This document shows, piece by piece, positions 1-9,677 of a stretch of DNA of 64,000 nt. The notes beneath the pieces are model-generated. The model was not told the DNA's origin and did no database searches. It worked only from the letters and a program-made list of their open reading frames with translations. The stretch is from Terriglobia bacterium (lineage in GTDB: Bacteria > Acidobacteriota > Terriglobia > 20CM-2-55-15): the NCBI GenBank assembly GCA_965198225.1, contig CBDAOY010000009.1, positions 1,184,001 to 1,248,000 of the forward strand. Reading direction: 5' to 3'. The stretch's first letter is position 1; the number at the start of each line of letters is the position of its first letter. Both the position numbers and the translations under genes were made by a program.

Positions 1-2
1 GA

Positions 3-185
3 CAGCTCGAGACGCTCGAAGCAGAAGGCTTCGGGGACACCGCGTTTGAAGTCGGACACTACAAGCTGGGCGGAGCCTCTGGAGAAATCATGGACCAGGG
101 CAAGTACGTTGTCATCTGGAAGAAGGAAGACGGAGGGTGGAAGTTACACCGGGACATCTGGAACACGAATTCGCCAGCCGGATAG
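3..185 (+). CDS. C-terminal part of a DUF4440/YybH (NTF2/SnoaL-like) protein, truncated by the window edge
   Basis: Frame 3 reads ...GDTAFEVGHYKL...GKYVVIWKKEDGGWKLHRDIWNTNSPAG*, a typical NTF2-like C-terminus. Confidence 0.75.
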   Translation, partial: QLETLEAEGFGDTAFEVGHYKLGGASGEIMDQGKYVVIWKKEDGGWKLHRDIWNTNSPAG

Positions 186-213
186 AGGCACTGTTACAGG
201 TCACTAGGCCGAT

Positions 214-2004
214 TCAGGCGCCGGCCGGCCTCGCGGCGGATTTCGCCGCTGATCCTTTCCCGGATGCGGCGCTCGGCAGCAAGGCGTAGGGGTCCTCTTT
301 CAGCAGCTCCCAATCTTTGAGCGCCTGCTTGAAGTATGGCGTGAGCGGCTGATGGCCCGGAGTCTGCGTCCCTATCGGGAGGTGGGGGTTTGGGTTCAGG
401 ATCTGAACAAAGTGCTGCAGGATGCAGTAGCAGGCGGTGACCTGTCCACACGCGACGAGATCGACCAGTTGGTTCTTGTTCAGCCAAAGGGTGGTCTGCA
501 ACTCGGAGGCGCGCGTCGCCAGGTCGTGCATGGCCGTTGTGGGCTGCAACCACTCCAGCCACCTCGGTACCGGAACATCCGGCTTCTTGCCCGGATACTG
601 GCCCTTCTTGTAGTCCTCCGCATACTGCTTGCTGTCCAGACCGGGTTTGCCCTCGGTAAGCGCGTATATTTCACACGCGACGGGAAGGTTCCTGCTGCCG
701 TCGCTCAGCTCGTGGTCGACATCGGGGGCCAGAGTGATCGAATACATTTGCTCGTACACGAGCTTTCGGATGCGGTTGAGAAAGATCGTGCTGGTCAACG
801 CCCAGGTCGATCCGATCCGGAGGCTGATCATCCTGATGACATCGTTCAGGCGGAGACGCTTCAGGGACCGCCAGCCGTGGGGTACCTGGTTGGATATTTT
901 AGCGAACAATTTCCCGGTCTGGAGTCGAAACCAGAGCAATGCCGCCAGGACGGTTCCGACCAGCGCGAGCGGAATCAGGTACAGAAAGACGGCCTCGGCA
1001 TCGCCGATCAGGGTCCCGAGCGACGGTCCTCGAAAGATAGCGTGGACGATGACCACGGCCGCGGTGAGGAACGACAGCCCGAACAGGAGCCACAACAGGG
1101 CTCTCAATCCTCCGATCGTCACCTGACCGGTCCAGCGCCGGATCCTGTCGGCGAAAGACATCGACTCCGGTTCCGGATCGTAGATGTCGTTGGACACGAA
1201 TGGGGCGTCGGAAACGATGAGCAACGCAATATCGACAGCATCGTGGAGCCGGTGAAGATTTACGAGATCCTCATTGGGGGGGTGCTTAAGATCCTGGTTC
1301 GCCCTCAGCGCACCGTCGACACCCTGGTTGTCGATGATGCCTCCATCCATCAGGGCGACCGAGTCGACCTTGCATTTGCCGCTCAGATGCGATTGGACGT
1401 TCGCGAGCGCTTCCGCGGTGGGCCAGACGAAATCCGACGGAAAGATCATTGGTTCCAGGCCTACCGGAATGTCGGACGATGTGGCGACGATGTCGGCCAT
1501 ACGTAGTGCCCCGGCATGCTGGGGCTCGATCCAGATTCTTTGGTTGCCGATCGGCCATTGGGTGCCGCTCGGCCATAGACTGTGGCCGTTTCCACTGTTC
1601 TCGCTCGCAACGCTCTGAAAACGAAAAGCTATACCGTTCCGGCAATCGGTCGCGTTGAAGATGATGTTCTCGAGGTGGGTCTTCTTCCCGTTGTCGAGGA
1701 TCGTCTCGAAGCGGGCGCCGTTCATGAAGCGCGGGTCCTCGTTGTAGACATCGGCGAGGGCCTTGACGATCGTTGGGCTTTTCGACGGGGTCCCGGGAGG
1801 TTTCGCCGCCAGTCTGTCCAAAGCACGCCGGACCAGATGTGCATCGCCCAAAAAACTGTGGAACTTGTCGAAGAAGTGCTGAAAGGTCGTGTGGCGATCC
1901 TCGCCCTCGGGCGCCTGTTTGAGCGCCAGTGCGTATCGGGCCGCGGTGAAGGTCCCTCCCGACACGCTCGACAACGTATACTGAAGAATGTCCAGGTGGT
2001 CTAG
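214..2004 (-). pseudogene. Patatin-like phospholipase with membrane segments, 3' part (interrupted by IS1182)
   Basis: SSVSGG nucleophile motif, DGGIIDNQG catalytic-Asp motif and hydrophobic helices; the frame stays open up to the CTAG target at 2001-2004. Confidence 0.85.
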
Positions 2005-3573
2005 GAGCCTGTCGGCAATAAGGTTATTGAAGGATGCAAGGCGGCGTATTGGATGAAGAGGCGGCGAAAAGAGTCACAGACAATCCAAATGGAGCGGAGA
2101 CAGCCTGTATGTTGTCTGTAGAAGCTGCTTTCCAAGAACCCTGGACCTTGATTCATGCTGCCGACATCTGTATCACCCCGTCCCGCGCGATACAGTTTCA
2201 ATAGATTGTGTGTCAGGCACACCAGCGTCCACTCTGCCTGCACGTTCTCCAGTCCGCGGAGACTGAACCGGCGGAAGTGCCGGCATTCCTTGATCTGTCC
2301 GAATACCGGTTCCACAATCGCCTTGCGCATCTTGTAAACCGCCCGGCCGGCCTCGCTTTGGAGTTTCTGTCTCATTTGCTGCAGAAGGTCACCTTCATCC
2401 GATACCTGGATGGGTGCGGCCGATGCGCCATGTTTATCCCTGCCTGTCGCCACGTGCAGGTCGATGCCTTCAACCCGCTTGTCGGCGACTTGCTCCGGGC
2501 TCCAATAGCCGGTATCGGCACTGCACGCCACCGGGGAGGCTCCCGTATTCTGCTTCACCTGTTCCAACATCGGTGCCAGTTGTTGTTTGTCGTTGCTCTG
2601 CTGCGTGATGTTGGCGGCCACGATGATCTGTGCTTCGCTATCCACGGCAATCTGTGCATTGTAGGCCTGTACGAAGCTGCCTTTGTGCGCCCCGTCGGGC
2701 ATGATCCGGCTGTCCGGGTCCGTGAAGTTCCGTTGCGCCTTTGGTTCCGGCACCGCCTGCTCGGGATCGGGAACCTGCGGTGGGCGTCCCGGAGTCTTCC
2801 GACCTGTCTCAGCCTCCTTCTGGAGCCGTTCGGCGGTTCGGGCTTCCGCGGCCGCCTTCGTCTCCTCGGCCTTCTGCTGGGCTTCGGCTTCCAGTGCCGC
2901 CTTCGCCTCCCGGATCTTCTTCAGCCGACTTTCACGCCGGGCCAACTCGTCGGGAACTTGTCGGCCTGTCCTCGCCGTTCCTTCTCATCCTCGGCCGCAT
3001 CCGCCGCTTCGGCCTGCCGGAGCAACTCTTCCACTTCGGCCTTCAACTTCTCCTCGGATTCACACATCCGACCGTAACTCATCGCCTTGTGTTTGCTTGC
3101 GTTCCCCTGCACCTTGCTCCCGTCCACCGCCACATGCCCCAGTTTCACCAGCCCCGCCTTCTGGCACAATTGCAGCGCTTGCAGGAACAGTCCCGCCAGT
3201 GCTCCCAAATGCCGCTTCCGAAACTCGCTCACCGTGCTGTGATCCGGATGGGAATCCGCACTCAGGTACCGAAACGCCACATCCTCGTACGTCCGCTTCT
3301 CGATCTGCCGCGAGCTGACCACTCCGGTGCAATAGCCATAAATCAACAACCGCACCATCATCAATGGTACGCCGCCTGCCCCCTCCCGTCCTTCTCCTCG
3401 TAGGACCGGTAGAATGCCGAAAGATCCAACGTGTCCACCAAATCCACCACGAATCGCGCCAGGTGATTCTCCGGTAGCCAGTCGTGTAACGACGGCGGCA
3501 TCAACAGCCCTGGTCCAGATCGTCGATCAGAAAGCATTTCATAATGCCTCTTTCTACCAATCTCTTCAGCCAT
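2001..3573 (-). pseudogene. IS1182-family transposase, split over three frames
   Basis: LMPPSLHDWLPENHLARF, SSRQIEK, VAVDGSK, NFTDPDSRIM, YNAQ, ADTGY and IVEPVFGQIK motifs across ORFs 3361-3573, 2921-3364 and 2001-2945. Confidence 0.88.
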
Positions 3574-3623
3574 CTCAGGTCCGGACTGCTCTTCCGATCC
3601 GTGAATCTATTCCCGACAGGCTC
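2005..3623 (-). mobile_element. IS1182-family insertion sequence (copy A)
   Basis: Terminal inverted repeats GAGCCTGTCGG(C/G)AATA, CTAG duplicated at 2001-2004 and 3624-3627, internal transposase. Confidence 0.92.
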
Positions 3624-3732
3624 CTAGGTAGGACAGGGTCCCCAGGTGGAATCCCGCCGCGCGCCCGCCGCCGCCCGAGAGCGTCAGGGCGATCTTACTG
3701 CTGAAGATATCGGTAGCCACAGGCCCTTCCAT
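3624..3732 (-). pseudogene. Patatin-like phospholipase, 5' part
   Basis: Translates MEGPVATDIFSSKIALTLSGGGGRAAGFHLGTLSYL (patatin Gly-rich loop) and rejoins the 214-2000 frame once the IS and one CTAG are removed. Confidence 0.85.
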
Positions 3733-3854
3733 ACCGGTAGATCATAGCGCTAAGCCTGCCCACGGCAACAGTCCCTCCGGCTGACGATCGATCGTTCGTG
3801 CCGCCCATCGCAGAATCGCCCACGTGCCGGTATCGCCATCAGGATGGTCGCTAG

Positions 3855-4114
3855 TGGCCTGTAACAGAGATAGTGACAGCGTCGCCGATGGGCCTTGCGG
3901 ATCCCCTCACGAGTCATTGCAGCACGAAAAACGCCGGTGTCCTAGCTCATCTGCGTGGCTGGCAAGACCCATCGTCCCTTCGGGTTGCGGCAGAACAGCA
4001 CCGTCTTCGTTGTCGCGCCTTCTCGCAATGAAGCGGCATTACCTCGGGCGGCTCTCCTAGAATCCGGTACCGTTGCGCTCGCAACGCCACTATCACTCTC
4101 TCTGTTACAGGCCA
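3855..4114. mobile_element. MITE (260 bp, non-autonomous)
   Basis: 25-bp TIRs TGGCCTGTAACAGAGA(T/G)AGTGA(C/T)AG, flanked by CTAG at 3851-3854 and 4115-4118; no transposase inside. Confidence 0.8.
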
Positions 4115-4118
4115 CTAG

Positions 4119-5651
4119 GAGTCTGCGCGGCAGAAGGACCGGAATTGGGCGGATAAAGATCGAAGATATGTCATGGCACGAACCTATCGGACTTATAGCC
4201 CAGAACAAACACTGCTGATGCCACCGTCGTTGAGAGATTGGTTGGCCGAAGATCACCTGTCGTACTTCATATCGGACGCGGTGGACGCGATGGATTTGAG
4301 CGCGTTCGAACAGCGGTATGGAACCGAGGGTCCGGGCAATCAGGCGTTTGATCCGCGGATGATGGTGAAGGTGCTGATTTATGGGTACGCGACCGGAGTG
4401 TTCTCGTCCAGGAAGATCGCGGCGAAGTTGACCGACGACGTAGCGTTCCGGATGTTGGGAGCGGAGAACTTTCCGGCGCACCGAACGATCTCGGATTTTC
4501 GCAAACTGCATCTTGAGGAGTTCGGAAACTGTTTGTGCAAGTGGTGATGATGGCGCGGGAAGCGGGACTGGTGAAGATGGGAACCGTGGCGGTGGACGGG
4601 ACCAAGATGCGGGCGAATGCAAGCAAACGCAAAGCGATGAGCTACGAACGCATGAAAAAGCAGGAGACCGAATTGGGTGAACAGATTCGGGATCTGTTGA
4701 ACCGGGCCGAGGCGACCGATGAGGACGAAGACGAGCGATACGGCAAGGACCGGCGCGGAGACGAACTGCCCGACGGGTTGGCCACGCGCAAGAATCGCCT
4801 GGCCACGATACAGGCGGCCATGAAGCGGCTCGAAGAACGTCAGATTCGGACAAGGAAGCGGGACGGAACACCAAAGATCACAAACCCGGATGCGGAAAGA
4901 AGCCATTCAAACGTCCCATGGGGGAACCTAAACCCACGGCCCAGGACAACTTCACCGACCCGGAAAGCCGGATGATGAAGACCTCCACCGAAGGGTTCCA
5001 GCAATGCTACAACGCGCAAGCGGTGGTGGATTCCCAGGCCCGGATCATCGTGGCAACAACGGTGACTGACAATGCATCGGATGTGGGGCAGTTGGAACCC
5101 ACGCTGGATGCGTTGAGCGACAATCTGGGGGAGCGTCCCGACCGCGTGCTGGCCGATGCGGGATATCGATCCGAGTCAAATCTGGGGATGTTGGAACAAC
5201 GTCAGATTGACGGGTATGTTGCGATGGGTCGCGAGAAGGATCTCGCCCGTGCCCCACTCCCACCCAAAGACACCGCTGTTGGTCGGATAGATGAGAAAGA
5301 TGAAAACCAAGCGTGGGCGTGACCGCTACCGGGCCCGAAAGCACATTGGTGAGCCGCCCTTCGGGTGGATCAAGTCGGTGCTCGGATTCCGACAGTTCAG
5401 TCTACGCGGTTTGGACAAAGTGACCGGGGAGTGGAATCTGGTCACTCTGGCGGTGAACTTACGACGGATGAACGGGAAGATCGAATGGGCATAATCCGGA
5501 AAACCGCAACCCGGCAGACCCGATACACGGCCAATTACGGGTGTCCGTACAACTCTGAACTCGTCGTATCGGAAGAATCGGTCGATTCTCCTCCGAAGAC
5601 CCTCTCAAATCCCAATCAGTCCGAGTTCTTTGCGCTCTGCCGCGCAGACTC
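4119..5651 (+). mobile_element. IS1182-family insertion sequence (copy B, divergent from A)
   Basis: TIRs GAGTCTGCGCGGCAGA, CTAG duplicated at 4115-4118 and 5652-5655. Confidence 0.92.
4173..5494 (+). pseudogene. IS1182-family transposase, split over four frames
   Basis: LLMPPSLRDWL, FSSRKIA, VAVDGTK, NFTDPESRMM, YNAQ, ADAGY and EPPFGWIK motifs in ORFs starting at 4173, 4535, 4918 and 5291. Confidence 0.88.
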
Positions 5652-6018
5652 CTAGGTCACTATTGTCCTTCGAGGCTTCTATAGCGGAGCGCCCAAGGAT
5701 CCGCGCGGACTCTTCGGTGAACGATCCCCTCGCGCTGCCAGCCTGTTAGCACGACGGCCCGGGGATCTTTCAGCGCCCCAACGTCAGAAACGGGCCCGTG
5801 AAGTCGCTGACGTGGTGAGTAAATTGCAGGCGAAGCGCATGTTGCGAGAATGTGCCGTCGGGTGCATAAGCGCGAGCTGGAATCACCGTCAGGACGGGTT
5901 ATCGAGCCCTTGCAGCCGATCGGGAGGAGAAAGGCGAGTTCCCGACGGGCTAGAGACCGCCATCGGTTTGGGCAGTGACGCCGCAGAGCTGGTTTCAAGC
6001 CCGCCAAGAGCTCGTTAC

Positions 6019-7328
6019 GAGGTTCCGTCAATAAGTGTGTAAATAGACATCAGGCGGCTTTCTCCTCGGTGACTTGGTTGACTGGAACTCCTGACATATT
6101 GGGCGCCTTGGTAGACATCCTTCATCAAGTGCGGAGCCTTCAAACGGCGAAATCGTATCTCAGCGACCAGCAGCATCTTCCAGATGACAGCCCGTGCGTT
6201 GGCCACTTTCTTGAACCTTCGAGAGGCATCGGTTCGCAGTCGCAGAGCAGAGAAGGGAGACTCCACTGGATTGGTAGTCCGCAGATGTTGCCACTGCTGT
6301 TTGGGATAGTTGTAAAACGTCACCATCCGATCCCAGTCCTGGTCGATCAGATCAGCCGCAGCCTCCAGTCCTCTCTTGCCACACCAATGTTGGAATCGTC
6401 CTTTGACTTGCTCGGCTTCCGCCGTGTTTCTGCATAAGGGATCTGCCGCAACATCAACAACGCCGCTTTGTGCCGACCCTTGGGGATCTTAGCCAGCAAG
6501 TTGACGATGCGATGATTCCAGCATCTCTGCTCGAACGGCTTCTGGGAAAACGTTGCGCAACGGATCCCCAGATGCCCGTATCACCATCATCCCCCGCTCT
6601 TTGAGATCCCTCAGCGGACCAGCTGGGTCGATTCTCGATAACCACTACTGACCGACACCACCACTTTAGTGCCATCACTTAAAGCGGCGATCACTACCAG
6701 GTGCCTTTTCCTTCTCCAGTGCTTTGATGTACACACCGTGATACACCACTTCCAATCGTCCAGCCGACGGCTTTGCCAGGCCTCCATTTCTCCCTGCCAC
6801 TTCTCCTTCAACCGGGCTACGGTGCTGGGGGACAGCGGCGCTTCTTCCCCTAAAAGCCCTCTTAAGGCCAGATCGAAATCCCCCTCGGCCAGACCATGCA
6901 AATAGAGTTCTGGAATCAAGTCTCGTACCTCTTGCGTCCGCTTGGCAAACAGCGGCAAGACCCGGCTCTCAAAACGCTCTTCCAGATCCCGCACTCGGGG
7001 ACGCCGCAGCTTGATCGTTCCGCAACTCAGCGTCAGTCGCCGCTCCTTACCGTAGCCGTTGCGATAGCCACCGGCCGCGTCCACTTCTCGGCGACGCTCA
7101 TTCTTTCGCCGTCCCAGCAGCTGTGTCACTTCATCCTCCAACAGTTCCTGTACGTAAAACTGGATCTGCTCTCGCACCCACTCTCGCAGACTCTTGACTC
7201 CACACTTCGATCAAGCTTCTTGCTCATGGCGGCTGACTCCTTCCTTTCGGGCTCTTCCGCCCGGGTTTTTATTTCACCCGGAAGATAATCACCGCCTATG
7301 CTATTTACACACCTTTTGAGGGTAGCTC
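6019..7328 (-). mobile_element. IS256-family insertion sequence (decayed)
   Basis: Imperfect 28-bp TIRs ending GTGTGTAAATAG; 8-bp target duplication CTCGTTAC at 6011-6018 and 7329-7336. Confidence 0.9.
6050..7227 (-). pseudogene. IS256 (mutator-type) transposase with several frameshifts
   Basis: GYRNGY, RRPRVR, LYLHGL and HLRTTNPVESPF motifs in separate frames. Confidence 0.85.
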
Positions 7329-7362
7329 CTCGTTACGAGGAGCTGAGCTGGAAAAGCTATAC

Positions 7363-7911
7363 CTATACGTAGCACACTTCCTTAATCAGGAGCTCAGGGT
7401 TGCCCATCTTGACGGTTGTCAGACCGGCCCCGGTGAGGGTTATGTGTTCGATTGTATCCTTCTGCGTCGTGATGGCAGCCCCCACTTGATTGCCATTACC
7501 GGCATAGTAGGTGATGTCTATCGGATCGGGCCCTGCCTGAATTATGTGAAGGTCAATGCGCCTCGCGGGAACCGGTACAGTTACGATAACTGAGCCCCTA
7601 TCCTCGACCATTTCCAGGAAGTGCGTTCCGGGGTAGGTTGGCCACGGACTGATCCTTGCCCCCCCGCTATAGAAAAGATCGAACTGTATCGTATTGACGG
7701 TAATACTGGATCCTGACGGGAACTGAGTGCCGAGCGCATAGCCAGAAAAATTAGCGCATACAGCAAAGGGTGGGGGCATATGTGAATGATGCAGTAATCC
7801 CAGAAGCTCTCTCACCGTCAGTTCCCCGACTTGTTTTCCCAATTCGATGGTGGGAGGCTCCCCTTGCTCATCAACTAATTGAACTGTGTAATCGTCTCTT
7901 TTTTTTGACAT
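7363..7911 (-). CDS. Hypothetical protein (182 aa, beta-rich C-terminal region)
   Basis: Clean ORF with strong RBS AAGGAGG; visibly more AT-rich than the core genes; no family recognised. Confidence 0.7.
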   Translation of the reverse strand: MSKKRDDYTVQLVDEQGEPPTIELGKQVGELTVRELLGLLHHSHMPPPFAVCANFSGYALGTQFPSGSSITVNTIQFDLFYSGGARISPWPTYPGTHFLEMVEDRGSVIVTVPVPARRIDLHIIQAGPDPIDITYYAGNGNQVGAAITTQKDTIEHITLTGAGLTTVKMGNPELLIKEVCYV

Positions 7912-8269
7912 GATCTGTCCTCCTTACGTTGCTCTTCCACTCGCCTGAAGCACGCTACGGTCCCAATCTCGACCCACCCAAGGACCGACTCGCAGGGCGG
8001 AGGCAACTTGGCTGGGAACAATAGGATGCGTCTAGGCGAGCGGTCTTGTGAGGTCAGCGGCGACCCTACCGTAGCGGAGTGGATTTGGATAGGCGGCTAT
8101 CCCGAGAGATAGGGTTTTTCGCGGGGCGAACTGGTTGCGGAATCACGAGATATCATCGACGTGACTTTGAGTGCCCTTCTCTGGCCCTCCATCGTCTTCC
8201 TGCTCTCGGCAAACTCCGGCTCATCGACAGTCACCCCGCGCGACATTCAGAAACTCGGCACCAGGAAGA

Positions 8270-8494
8270 GCGAGCCCGCTCCGTCGGGATGTGCTGTATC
8301 TGATCGACTTCAGATTCCCAGCGGGGTCCGGTTTCCACGGCTCTCGACATGCGGCCGCCAGCTTCGTCAACGAACAGACCGACAATCTCAAACTCACGCG
8401 ACATTTCCTCGGTCGTGCGAACTTGAGCCCCACTGCGGACCGGGTACACGCACGCATTGCTGAAGCCGGAAGGGCCGCTTCCGAGCGATTCTAA
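8270..8494 (+). pseudogene. Tyrosine integrase C-terminal remnant
   Basis: LRRDVLY...GFHGSRHAAASFVNEQTDNLKLTRHFLGRANLSPTAD resembles the H-x-x-R-H and LGH...TT..Y region with degenerate catalytic residues; abuts a tRNA 3' fragment. Confidence 0.7.
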
Positions 8495-8502
8495 ATACAT
8501 CT

Positions 8503-8540
8503 GAGAGGATTCGAACCTCTGACCTCTGGTTCCGGAGACC
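8503..8540 (-). repeat. att-site repeat: 3' half of tRNA-Arg(CCG)
   Basis: 37/38 identical to 19599-19636, same orientation. Confidence 0.9.
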
Positions 8541-8655
8541 CTGCGATGCGACTGTGACTGAGCGTCCGGGATTTCGAACGTCTATTACAGGCGTTTGTTC
8601 TCAACCTCTTGGATCAGCCGTTCGATAGTCGGTAGCAACCAGTAGCTGCAGGGGG

Positions 8656-8678
8656 TGGGCACAGTATTGGGCACAGTC
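8656..8678 (+). repeat. Tandem TGGGCACA boxes (putative integrase arm-type site)
   Basis: TGGGCACAGTATTGGGCACAGTC, nearly identical to 19524-19546. Confidence 0.6.
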
Positions 8679-9551
8679 CCGTTCCGGAACTCCGCCTTCA
8701 CAGGCTTCTCCGGGGCCCCTAATTGAAATGACAGAGCCTGCACAGGTAGGCCCAATCCGAGGCTGAAGTGCCGTCAGGCCACAATCCATGTCACAGTTTC
8801 CCGGCAACATCGGATCTCGTCTATTGTCCGTTCCGAGCGATGGCCTTCCACCTGCAGGTTTGGCTTTCTGCGGTTCCAGAAACAACCAGGCTGAAATTGA
8901 GGATTTAAAAGTTTTTAGCCGACACGCTGACGCACCTGACGGTGTTTTTGTAACACCCTTTGCCAGTTACTCCTCTTCTCTCCTTTGGATGAACAGAAGG
9001 AATAGGAAATCTATCGTCAGCATCGTCAGCCGTCAGATCGCCGGAGGCTGCCAGCCGCCGCCCCTCTGCGGACTGCCTGCGATCTTCGTAGGGTGTTCCT
9101 GATAACACCAGCGTCGATGATGCTCCTCGGGTAGCCGTAACACGGGCAAACGGAGCTTGACACCCTTATTATGTCGGAGAGAAAATATTGTTAAGAGGAG
9201 GCTCGATTGTCGGCCTCCGGGCCGCGTAAGACTAGCGGTCGCGATGTCAACTCTTGGCAAGGAGGGACGCTATAGAAGACGCAATACAGGCGAGGCGACC
9301 ACTCGCTGGTTTGCCTGCTTTTTGGCCGTGCCGTTCGTTTCTCGGCCGAGATTGCGATAATCGGTACAGCGGCTGCCCGCCGCCGCGAACAGGCACAAAG
9401 AGCGCGACCATAAACTCAGACTGAACGCCGTAAAGGCACAGTGCGGGATTCCTATCCCATGGGTCGCGGAGCGGGTACGGCTGTGGTCGCCAAATCCTCC
9501 ACCTCTCCAGTACACTCCTCCTCTTGTCATCCTACTGAACACGGACAAATC

Positions 9552-9585
9552 GACATCCAAGTGACCCAAGTGACATCCAAGTGAC
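9552..9585 (+). repeat. Short tandem repeat GAC(AT)CCAAGT x3
   Basis: gacatccaagt-gacccaagt-gacatccaagt-gac, about 90 bp upstream of the kinase start. Confidence 0.6.
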
Positions 9586-9677
9586 TGTTTGATTGTGTCC
9601 AACCCCTGCCTGCCGTAGTATTTACGCAAGTTTTCCAACACATGGCGACGGAGCGCCTGAGAGGCAGCGGACAGCCC

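Noticed and set aside
352-1506. 384-aa plus-strand ORF
   Set aside because: Antisense shadow of the patatin gene with no recognisable motifs
2001-5494. Programmed ribosomal frameshifting in the IS1182 transposases
   Set aside because: IS1182 transposases are normally single ORFs; the breaks are multiple and differ between copies
5660-6031. 123-aa ORF between IS elements
   Set aside because: The start lies inside the IS256 terminal repeat and the product has no recognisable features
8503-8540. An additional tRNA gene
   Set aside because: Only the anticodon-to-T-arm part is present; the D-arm and 5' acceptor strand are missing
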